Shown here: piece after piece, positions 1 through 6,290 of the stretch | Layout of the letters: every line of letters begins with the position of its first letter | Numbering within the stretch: position 1 is the stretch's first letter | Origin: a virus | Virus genome (UHGV): UHGV-1555203 | Direction: 5' to 3' (one strand) | DNA: 10,147 nt | Translations under genes and position numbers: made by a program | The notes under the pieces: generated by a model | Database searches by the model: none | Told to the model about the DNA's origin: nothing | Seen by the model: the letters and a program-made list of their open reading frames with translations, nothing else

Positions 1-338
1 TTTCCTGTTCCGTTGGTGTCTGCACCAACTTCGTACTGAACGCGCATTGCTGCTGTTGGATTGCGTACACCAGGAAGCATAATTTCAGTAATGCGCAGAC
101 AATCTGACGGGTACTGGTACGCATATTCCCAGTCAGGCGGTGGATTGCTCGTATCTGCAAGCGCCACGCGTTTGGTAGCAAAGTTCCAGTCAAAATCAGA
201 AAGCACAGCATCACGGCAGGCCTCAAAGTGCAGCGAACATTCCCCCGCTTCCTTGCTGGCTTCCGTCAGGCTGTTAATGCTGCGGCTGTTGCCAATATTG
301 GACAGCGCACGATTGCAGATCTCTACTACAGAGGCCAT
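1..338 (-). CDS. Phage structural protein, N-terminal ~112 codons; ORF runs off the window start (3' end not in window)
   Basis: ATG at 338..336 (minus) with AGGAG about 11 nt upstream; my manual translation is open to position 1 (MASVVEICNRALSNIGNSRSINSLTEASKEAGECSLHFEACRDAVLSDFDWNF...). Absent from the ORF track because it has no in-window stop. Follows the head genes after a terminator hairpin. Any resemblance to podovirus adaptor/tail-tubular proteins is a weak impression only. Confidence 0.5.
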   Translation of the reverse strand, partial: MASVVEICNRALSNIGNSRSINSLTEASKEAGECSLHFEACRDAVLSDFDWNFATKRVALADTSNPPPDWEYAYQYPSDCLRITEIMLPGVRNPTAAMRVQYEVGADTNGTG

Positions 339-354
339 AAGTTTCTATACTCCT

Positions 355-378
355 GCAATAAAGGGGCCGAAGCCCCTT
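355..378 (-). terminator. Intrinsic terminator-like hairpin after the head-gene cluster (possibly partial, read-through expected)
   Basis: On the minus strand AAGGGGC-UUCG-GCCCCUU followed by UAUU: GC-rich 7-bp stem, UUCG tetraloop, short U-tract; lies between the 111-aa gene stop (395) and the next start (338). Confidence 0.45.
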
Positions 379-394
379 GTCTGATTCGCGAGGC

Positions 395-730
395 TTACAC
401 GCCCAGTTCTTTACGCTTATCTGCGATCTTCTCGCGTAGCGTTTCGGCTTTGGCGTTATGGTGTGGCTTCTCGTTAAAGAGCAATTCGTACTCTTCACGG
501 AGCTTATCCAGTTCACCATCATCTGACACATCGTTGATGATTTTGGTGCTGGTTGCTGCCATTGACACCTTTCCTGCAACTTTTGCTTTTGCCTGTCTGG
601 CTGCATCGTTAACAGGTTCCAGTGCGCTACCAGGCTCACCTTCGTATTCGATTTCTGCCCCCTCCGGCCACAGAGTGTTATGGATATGAGAGAGGCGCAG
701 AACGCGGTATCTTGGTTTCTCACCTGACAT
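395..730 (-). CDS. Hypothetical small head-module protein (111 aa from ATG 730; track ORF begins at GTG 739)
   Basis: ORF-track 395..739; AAGGTG sits 7 nt upstream of the internal ATG at 730 and directly follows the stop of the upstream gene. Charged, partly coiled-coil-like C-terminus. Position downstream of the capsid gene suggests a head accessory or decoration role; family not recognised. Confidence 0.6.
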   Translation of the reverse strand: MSGEKPRYRVLRLSHIHNTLWPEGAEIEYEGEPGSALEPVNDAARQAKAKVAGKVSMAATSTKIINDVSDDGELDKLREEYELLFNEKPHHNAKAETLREKIADKRKELGV

Positions 731-740
731 CGATATCACC

Positions 741-1178
741 TTAACCAGTTACTTTTGAGCGGATCGGGTACGGCGTATTGGCATCAACATCCAGACTGAT
801 ACCCGCAGTGAATTTGCCAGCCGTTAGTGGGCCAGTTGCGACGGAGTAGTTAACACGCAGATATCGCTGAACACCGGCAGGCACCTTTGCAGAAACAACT
901 CGTTTACCTGCTGTCAGGGCGGTCTTTGCCAGTGCGCCACTATCATAAATAGTGGTCCATGAGCTGTTATTCTCACTCGTCTGCAACTGGATGTTTACAG
1001 TTGCATCACCGCTTGCCGCGGCGGCTGCGTTAACCAGCGCCCAAAACTCAAGCGGGTAACCCACGCCGATATCACGACGTTTTCCGTCAATTGGACCGAG
1101 ATCGATTACGTCAGTAGAAGCCGCGGTATTCGTAACCGCCTGAGCTTCGGAGAACATCAACAGTTTGTCGGTGATCAT
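741..1178 (-). CDS. Putative phage head structural / decoration-like protein (145 aa)
   Basis: ORF-track 741..1178; GGAG 7 nt upstream of the ATG; Ala/Thr/Gly/Val-rich beta-type composition typical of small virion proteins; immediately downstream of the major capsid gene. Function inferred from context only. Confidence 0.6.
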   Translation of the reverse strand: MITDKLLMFSEAQAVTNTAASTDVIDLGPIDGKRRDIGVGYPLEFWALVNAAAAASGDATVNIQLQTSENNSSWTTIYDSGALAKTALTAGKRVVSAKVPAGVQRYLRVNYSVATGPLTAGKFTAGISLDVDANTPYPIRSKVTG

Positions 1179-1229
1179 CTTCTTTCTCCATTAGTGGGTC
1201 TGTTACGACCCACAGGTTAATAACAGGCG

Positions 1230-2222
1230 TTACACCACGCGGGCTTCTGTTTCCAGAAGCGCATCAGTTTCACGGATTGGTACACCACGGAATGAAGTCC
1301 ACCACTCGCCTTCAGTCTCTTTTACGCTGATAGCCAGAGATGTTTTCTCCAGAGATTGCAGATCAAGAGCCTGGCCTACAGTGCGGTTCATGTAGAACAC
1401 CGGGCGGCCAATGCCACGGTTTGGAATGCGATGCAGTGCCTTAACCATCAACTTGGCAATATTTGCGGCAGAGGATGGTTCTGAAAGATTGCTGACATCG
1501 ATGTTTGCAATGCGAACAACATAACGCCAGTCACGCAGAGCAAGTCCGTTGTCCCATTTATAATGGGTGCGATAACCTTCGTACTTGCCGCCATTAGCAT
1601 CTTCCAGTGTCACCTGGCCTTTATCTTCCATCTGGATGCCAGCCTTCTTCCCTTTCGGGAAGATGCCATGCACGGTGTTTTCGCCCCACACCACTAACCA
1701 GATTGAGGTGTTATCTGTACCCGTGCCACCAGCATCAATGATGTTCTGAGCATTACCCGCAGACAGGCTGGAATAGCGGGAGGACAGTCCCATAAACTGC
1801 TGAGGGTTAACGCTGGAATCACCATAAAACAGCGTCTGCGCCATCTGCTGATTCATCGCTTCAATAAATGCGCGGTCTTCAGACAGGCGGAATTCAGCGG
1901 TATTGCCGTTCAGATCAGCCAGTGACTTATCGACTTCAGCATAGGTTTCCAGCATGCCAACGGAATCGGTTACCTGCACTGTGGTTGATTTGCTTGGCTG
2001 TACGCCATAGTTCAGCAAACGCCAGGTAGCTGAAGGTAAACCAGAACGAATGGTGGTTCGGTGTCCGGTAGGAAGGTTCCCTTCGACAAAAGGCATATCC
2101 TGAAGGATCGGGTTAGTTTGACCGAGAAGCTCGATAATCTTATCGACTTTCCCGTTTGGATCGACGCGCTTACCCCAGTCAGCCAGCGTCAGCGCAGTTA
2201 AGCCTTTAACAGCCATTGTCAT
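1230..2222 (-). CDS. Major capsid protein (about 328-330 aa); alternative start ATG at 2216 has better SD spacing
   Basis: ORF-track 1230..2222; size and composition typical of an HK97-fold major capsid protein; located directly after the scaffold-like gene in the canonical terminase-portal-scaffold-capsid order; AGAGG upstream of the start. Confidence 0.7.
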   Translation of the reverse strand: MTMAVKGLTALTLADWGKRVDPNGKVDKIIELLGQTNPILQDMPFVEGNLPTGHRTTIRSGLPSATWRLLNYGVQPSKSTTVQVTDSVGMLETYAEVDKSLADLNGNTAEFRLSEDRAFIEAMNQQMAQTLFYGDSSVNPQQFMGLSSRYSSLSAGNAQNIIDAGGTGTDNTSIWLVVWGENTVHGIFPKGKKAGIQMEDKGQVTLEDANGGKYEGYRTHYKWDNGLALRDWRYVVRIANIDVSNLSEPSSAANIAKLMVKALHRIPNRGIGRPVFYMNRTVGQALDLQSLEKTSLAISVKETEGEWWTSFRGVPIRETDALLETEARVV

Positions 2223-2230
2223 TTCCTCTC

Positions 2231-2926
2231 TTATTTGCCATAGAGCACTTCGGCCGCACTACGCTGGCCTTCATTACCACCGGTGACCATGCCATCTTCA
2301 GACATCGCCTTTCCGATTTTCACGAACGTTTTGACCAGATCAGGGTGATTACCCAGCCCGGTGGTGTTCAGATATTCTTTGAGTTCAGGTGTCCCGAACT
2401 GGTCAAGCGCACGCTGTGCGGCGCTAAGGTTAGAAATCAACTTGTCGCCACCGATTTCTTTGTCAGCTTTTACATCAGCAGCCCACTGCTCGGTTGTTTT
2501 CTGCCAGGCTTCTGCCTGGCGCTGCTGCACACCTGCCAGAATCTTCGGATAAGCATCAACCAGCTTTTGCGCTTGCTCGTTGGTCAGGTTTAGTTCTCGC
2601 GCCACCGGCTCGAATTCCTTCAACGCTTCTGTATCCAGCTCTACGCCTTCGGCAGCCTGAAACTCGTACTTCTCAGGCGCACCCTCTGGTTTATCGCCGC
2701 CCTTTTTTTCATCCTGCTTATCGTTTTCAGGCTTTTTGTCATCAGCAGGTTTATCGCCATCAGCAACAGGTTGTGGCTTATCACCTTCCTGTTGTGATTG
2801 ATCACCAACTGGAGCAGGGTTATCACCTGCAGGCGCTGACGGTTCTGACGCAGCAGGAGCTGCTCCACCATCGACTGGTTGCTCATTGCAAAGACGGCGA
2901 TACAGCAAACGCTCAAATAAATTCAT
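2231..2926 (-). CDS. Putative scaffolding protein (231 aa from ATG 2926; track ORF begins at GTG 2932)
   Basis: AGGAG 5 nt upstream of ATG 2926; acidic, Pro/Asp/Lys-rich low-complexity N-terminal half with repeated GDKP motifs and a helical C-terminal half; sits between portal and capsid genes as scaffolds do. Confidence 0.6.
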   Translation of the reverse strand: MNLFERLLYRRLCNEQPVDGGAAPAASEPSAPAGDNPAPVGDQSQQEGDKPQPVADGDKPADDKKPENDKQDEKKGGDKPEGAPEKYEFQAAEGVELDTEALKEFEPVARELNLTNEQAQKLVDAYPKILAGVQQRQAEAWQKTTEQWAADVKADKEIGGDKLISNLSAAQRALDQFGTPELKEYLNTTGLGNHPDLVKTFVKIGKAMSEDGMVTGGNEGQRSAAEVLYGK

Positions 2927-2928
2927 GA

Positions 2929-3225
2929 TCACTCCTGTTCACTGGCCTCTTTGGCCATCTTCAAATACTGTTCAGGGCAATGCGCCATAACGCGCTGAAA
3001 CAGTTCCAGCGCCAGATTGCGTTGCCCCTCATTAAATGCCATTGCCATAGCGTCCATCGGTGAGATAGCGGAAAACACACGGCCTTTCTCCAGCACCGAC
3101 CAGACAACGCGACGCCCCTGTTCACTGCTCATGACAAAGCGAATGTCATCAATTTCACGCTGTGCCATGTCACGTTGCTTACGGGCGTTTTCTTCTTTCA
3201 GTTGATCGTCTTCGTAATCTGTCAT
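2929..3225 (-). CDS. Hypothetical head-morphogenesis protein (98 aa)
   Basis: ORF-track 2929..3225; its ATG overlaps the portal stop (ATGA overlap at 3222..3225), implying translational coupling. No family recognised. Confidence 0.55.
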   Translation of the reverse strand: MTDYEDDQLKEENARKQRDMAQREIDDIRFVMSSEQGRRVVWSVLEKGRVFSAISPMDAMAMAFNEGQRNLALELFQRVMAHCPEQYLKMAKEASEQE

Positions 3226-4901
3226 TGTGATTGCCCACCCTGACCACTAACTGCATTCGCCATAGCTGACAAAACACTCGGATCCGAAGTTTTAGCTTCG
3301 CTTAGCGTCTTGGCACCCTGTGCCGCCGCCATCCCCATCGCCATCATTTGTTGCTGCTGTTGTTGCTGTGCCCGTTGCTGGCGAGCCTGCTCAACCTGTT
3401 CCTGCGGAACAATGACGGTTGGAGACACTCCGGACATATCAGCGAATGCATCGATCGCCTGATCAACGTTGAGTTTGTCGAGAGCTTCTGGTTTCGCTTG
3501 CGCAAGTTGACCAATGAAGTTAACCGTGGACGCCAGACTGGACAGGCCGATAGACTTCTGCGCCTGAGCCATGACGGAAATGTATTCGACCTTCAGGGGC
3601 ATGCCTTCCATCGCGTCAGGCGGTGGCGGCAGCATGTTTTTACGCACCATCATCGAGAAAGAGCGATCAATGAGAGGATTAAGACATTCGTCGTTCAGGC
3701 GCTCCAGAACCGGCCCCAACATCAGAAGTTTTTCTTCTTTCATTTCGATCACCGCTTCCACAGGCATCGAGCGGGTATTGATGTTCTGCAACATCATGAA
3801 CAGATCGACAAAGTAGGCGCTGTTAATGATTTGACGAGTGTCCTGAATGTCTGCCACCAAATCTGCTGTACTGGGGTTAACCAGATAAGCAGGCCTGAAA
3901 CCATCCTGACCAGTAATCTGATCGATATACGTGATGTCGCCAGGAAGAAGGGAGGCACGCTGATTCTTGAGGGAATTCGGAGCAACCATCGGCGGATTGG
4001 TGGCTTTATCAATCAACTGCGACTTGCGCTTCTGGAGAAGCTGCAATGCCTTAACAGGTCCAAGCGCCAGCATACCCGGGCATGATGATCCATAAACATC
4101 TTCGCCGTTAACTTCCCAGCGCGGGGCCATAATTGGAAACTCATCGAATCCGGACTCACGCAACAACTTGTCGTTATCGCCACCAACCTCGTAATAAACC
4201 GATTTGAATGGCTTGTTCTTGCTATCCAGCTTCGATGTATCGCGGTCAATGTTCGGGTAAACCGAATGCATCACTTCAATCCACTTCTCGTAGGTTCCGC
4301 TTTCCCACATGCTTTTTACGGATTCGCTGACGTTATTTAGCCCGAACTCCTGAACAAGCTGACGAACAGTCATAGAGAACTTGCGAAAACAGGTGTCCAC
4401 ACTGCCACGAGGTGAGTTAGCCAGGTAGTAACTGCCTATCGGGAATGGCATTGTGCGAATGATGTCCTCGTCATCCTCCAGCACTGCCATTGCACCAGTG
4501 CTGTATGTGCCGAGGCTTCCGTATAACTGCGGCAGCGACTGATAGAGATTCGACTTATTGAACATATCGTTCATGCGGTTCTGCACCGCCTCAAGCCACA
4601 ACTTAACAGGGCCATAATCCATCATTTCAGGATCTGGCGTAGCCAGGCGAAACCACGGACGCGCGGGGCTTGTGATGCCTGACATCATGCCGCTGGCGAG
4701 AGTGCGCGCCGCCATAGTCCCGGTCGAATCAATAATGCGTGTATTGCGTCGATCGTTACGGTTAACCTCAGAAGCCAGAAAGCGGGAACCACGCGGGTTG
4801 ATGTAATCACTCAACTCGCGCCAGTGCGGCTCGAACGACTGACGCTCGCTTTCAAGTTGTGCGAACTGTTTGTTCAATCGCTCTTTAGTTGTTTCCGCCA
4901 T
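3222..4901 (-). CDS. Portal protein (559 aa)
   Basis: ORF-track 3222..4901; GGAG 8 nt upstream of the ATG; size typical of portal proteins; first large gene after the terminase large subunit; C-terminal Gln-rich tail. Assignment is by synteny and size, not by a search. Confidence 0.7.
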   Translation of the reverse strand: MAETTKERLNKQFAQLESERQSFEPHWRELSDYINPRGSRFLASEVNRNDRRNTRIIDSTGTMAARTLASGMMSGITSPARPWFRLATPDPEMMDYGPVKLWLEAVQNRMNDMFNKSNLYQSLPQLYGSLGTYSTGAMAVLEDDEDIIRTMPFPIGSYYLANSPRGSVDTCFRKFSMTVRQLVQEFGLNNVSESVKSMWESGTYEKWIEVMHSVYPNIDRDTSKLDSKNKPFKSVYYEVGGDNDKLLRESGFDEFPIMAPRWEVNGEDVYGSSCPGMLALGPVKALQLLQKRKSQLIDKATNPPMVAPNSLKNQRASLLPGDITYIDQITGQDGFRPAYLVNPSTADLVADIQDTRQIINSAYFVDLFMMLQNINTRSMPVEAVIEMKEEKLLMLGPVLERLNDECLNPLIDRSFSMMVRKNMLPPPPDAMEGMPLKVEYISVMAQAQKSIGLSSLASTVNFIGQLAQAKPEALDKLNVDQAIDAFADMSGVSPTVIVPQEQVEQARQQRAQQQQQQQMMAMGMAAAQGAKTLSEAKTSDPSVLSAMANAVSGQGGQSQ

Positions 4902-4915
4902 TTCAATGACTCCGG

Positions 4916-5122
4916 TTACTGACCAAGCAGCGTTTTACCGCTGGTATTAGCGGTTGATGTGTCGCCCTGAGAACCGGTAAGCAGCGTAGAACTACGACCA
5001 GCAGCAGCGCGACGGCGACGAGTTTCTTCGTCGCGGGCATCAACAACGGCGGCATCCTGCTCCTGTGGTGCTGCCTGAACTTCTGGTGTTGCAGGCACTG
5101 ATGGTGAGCTACCCATGCACAT
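4916..5122 (-). CDS. Hypothetical small protein (68 aa), low complexity; coding status uncertain
   Basis: ORF-track 4916..5122; ATG preceded by CGGAGTCATTGA, the same 12-nt initiation sequence found before the portal ATG. An overlapping alternative frame (4903..5142) is also open, so the frame is ambiguous. Confidence 0.35.
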   Translation of the reverse strand: MCMGSSPSVPATPEVQAAPQEQDAAVVDARDEETRRRRAAAGRSSTLLTGSQGDTSTANTSGKTLLGQ

Positions 5123-5190
5123 ATCAATGACTCCGTACGCAATTAAATTATTACCAATTTAACCACATATGATTTATTTATCGTAGGTGG

Positions 5191-5219
5191 TTGACATTTA
5201 ACGCACAAATTATTACCTT
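5191..5219 (+). promoter_or_regulatory. Candidate sigma70-type promoter for the plus-strand cassette
   Basis: Perfect -35 TTGACA (5191..5196), 17-bp spacer, -10-like TACCTT (5214..5219; weak, but T1, A2 and T6 present); embedded in an AT-rich block; inverted repeat TTACCT-TTC-AGGTAA (5213..5227) overlaps the -10. Confidence 0.4.
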
Positions 5220-5549
5220 TCAGGTAACAAAAGAGTTCATTCCGGTTACTAACCTGACTGGCTTGTCGTTAAATTGAACAGGTGGAGTGAGCTTTTATTT
5301 TGAGCAGTACGGCGTATGGCACATGCGCCGATAGCGGTCTGGATACGTTTAAGGGGCACCCTCCCTGGCTGTGGCAAACGAACCAGGTAGCCGGAATGTG
5401 CAAGTCGAGCGGTTTTATTCCGCGCACGGGGATTCACCATCCCGGCGATTCGGTGTGACGCCTCGGAAGAGACGAGGGTACAACGATGAGAGCATTTATG
5501 GAGCCGCGACAAAGTGTGGCGCCTTAACAGGCTAAGTGCTCTCAGCGTT

Positions 5550-5626
5550 GTGGCATTAGCTCAGTTGGACAGAGCAACCGCCTTCTAAGCGGTTGGTCGC
5601 AGGTTCGAATCCTGCATGCCACGCCA
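5550..5626 (+). tRNA. tRNA-Arg, anticodon UCU (reads AGA), 77 nt including encoded CCA
   Basis: Hand-folded cloverleaf: acceptor GTGGCAT/ATGCCAC (7 bp, perfect), D-arm GCTC-AGTTGGACA-GAGC, anticodon stem ACCGC/GCGGT with loop CTTCTAA (anticodon TCT), variable TGGTC, T-arm GCAGG-TTCGAAT-CCTGC, discriminator G, CCA. Close to E. coli argU-type tRNA but with different acceptor and anticodon stems. Confidence 0.9.
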
Positions 5627-5669
5627 GAATCACGCCTAAGGACCGTGATGCCAGAAGTTCCAGGTGCTT

Positions 5670-5711
5670 GGCGGTGATAGTTTCCCTTGAAGGACTATCA
5701 CCGCCCTTTTT
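5670..5711 (+). terminator. Intrinsic terminator downstream of the tRNA
   Basis: Perfect 12-bp stem GGCGGTGATAGT / ACTATCACCGCC with a 12-nt loop, followed by CTTTTTA. Confidence 0.6.
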
Positions 5712-5789
5712 ACAGCAGGACGCCATTGCGATGACTTCATGCTGTAAACCCGTACAGCCACGGAAGGCATAACTCATTGCTTCCAGTTC

Positions 5790-5812
5790 GCCCGGTTCGC
5801 CGGGCATTTTTT
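5790..5812 (+). terminator. Second intrinsic terminator / attenuator hairpin abutting the RBS of the 139-aa ORF
   Basis: GCCCGG-TTCG-CCGGGC (6-bp GC stem, UUCG loop) followed by A-TTTTTT, then AAGGTGAG (SD) and ATG at 5824. Confidence 0.55.
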
Positions 5813-5823
5813 AAGGTGAGATC

Positions 5824-6243
5824 ATGAAGACAATTGATATGTTGGCTAAGTATCTAAATGAATGGCCATTAAAATATTCTCGTATCGTTCAGGCTGAAGA
5901 CTGCATTTTTTATGGCGTTTTTGCTGGTAATGAAATGCATTACGAAGTAATTCAGAGTGAGGGACTGGCCGGGTTAACTCTTAGCGAAGACCATGGTACT
6001 AGCGTTACGTTCCATGACTGGATAACAGCACAACGTTCTGAAATGGAAAAAGGCGATGTTTTTGATATTTCTCGCGCTGTTTACGCTAAAGCAAAAAGTG
6101 ATAATGATTACATGAGCGAACACTTATACAACATGAAGTTACAATGCCTGCATGCGGCGCTTATTCAGAATGGGCACTTCGATAAAACAAGTGCCATCAA
6201 TATTGCGGAAGCCATCAACGCTGGATTTAATGCCATTAAGTAA
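5824..6243 (+). CDS. Orphan hypothetical protein (139 aa), moron-type accessory gene; no family recognised
   Basis: ORF-track 5824..6243; strong SD AAGGTGA 6 nt upstream of ATG; visibly AT-richer than flanking phage genes; opposite strand to all neighbouring genes; followed by palindrome and terminator. No TM segment or catalytic motif evident. Confidence 0.7.
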   Translation: MKTIDMLAKYLNEWPLKYSRIVQAEDCIFYGVFAGNEMHYEVIQSEGLAGLTLSEDHGTSVTFHDWITAQRSEMEKGDVFDISRAVYAKAKSDNDYMSEHLYNMKLQCLHAALIQNGHFDKTSAINIAEAINAGFNAIK

Positions 6244-6247
6244 CACC

Positions 6248-6259
6248 GTGACATGTCAC
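6248..6259. repeat. Perfect 12-bp palindrome GTGACATGTCAC, copy 1 (second copy at 8699..8710)
   Basis: Exact self-complementary 12-mer with shared 5' flank TAACACC; lies 5 nt after the stop of the 139-aa ORF and before its terminator. Confidence 0.8.
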
Positions 6260-6263
6260 AAAC

Positions 6264-6290
6264 AGCCAGCCGATGAGCTGGCTTTGTTTT
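6264..6290 (+). terminator. Intrinsic terminator after the 139-aa ORF
   Basis: AGCCAGC-CGATGA-GCTGGCT stem-loop followed by TTGTTTT; a second hairpin ATCCTC-ATCA-GAGGAT follows at 6291..6306. Confidence 0.6.

Noticed and set aside
61-689. Plus-strand ORFs 61..384 and 228..689, and minus-strand 274..723
   Set aside because: Antisense or out of frame relative to the minus-strand head genes that have proper SD/ATG and coupling; compositions are Ser/Leu/Arg-rich and non-protein-like.
1726-1733. Chi-site octamer (CCACCAGC on plus, i.e. GCTGGTGG on the minus strand) inside the capsid gene
   Set aside because: Chi occurs every few kb in enterobacterial DNA by composition alone; a single copy is unremarkable.
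3348-4085. 245-aa plus-strand ORF (also 3571..3816, 3017..3205)
   Set aside because: Lies antisense inside the well-supported portal gene; His/Arg-rich, low-complexity, no ribosome-binding site. Typical shadow ORF of a GC-balanced coding region.
4903-5142. Alternative 79-aa frame with a hydrophobic stretch (LVAVALLLVVVL) upstream of the portal
   Set aside because: Starts at a TTG embedded in the Shine-Dalgarno of the other frame and would overlap the portal start; the ATG frame (4916..5122) has the better initiation context, though neither is certain.
5249-5512. 87-aa minus-strand ORF inside the promoter-to-tRNA leader
   Set aside because: No ribosome-binding site, Arg/Ser/Leu-rich random-like composition, and it would be read antisense to the plus-strand transcript; the interval is treated as noncoding RNA leader instead.
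5550-5626. tRNA as an attachment site of a separately integrated element
   Set aside because: No integrase gene and no duplicated copy of the tRNA 3' end noticed within the window; cannot be excluded beyond the window.
5556-5807. 83-aa minus-strand ORF overlapping the tRNA and its terminator
   Set aside because: Overlaps a canonical tRNA and hairpins; almost certainly spurious.
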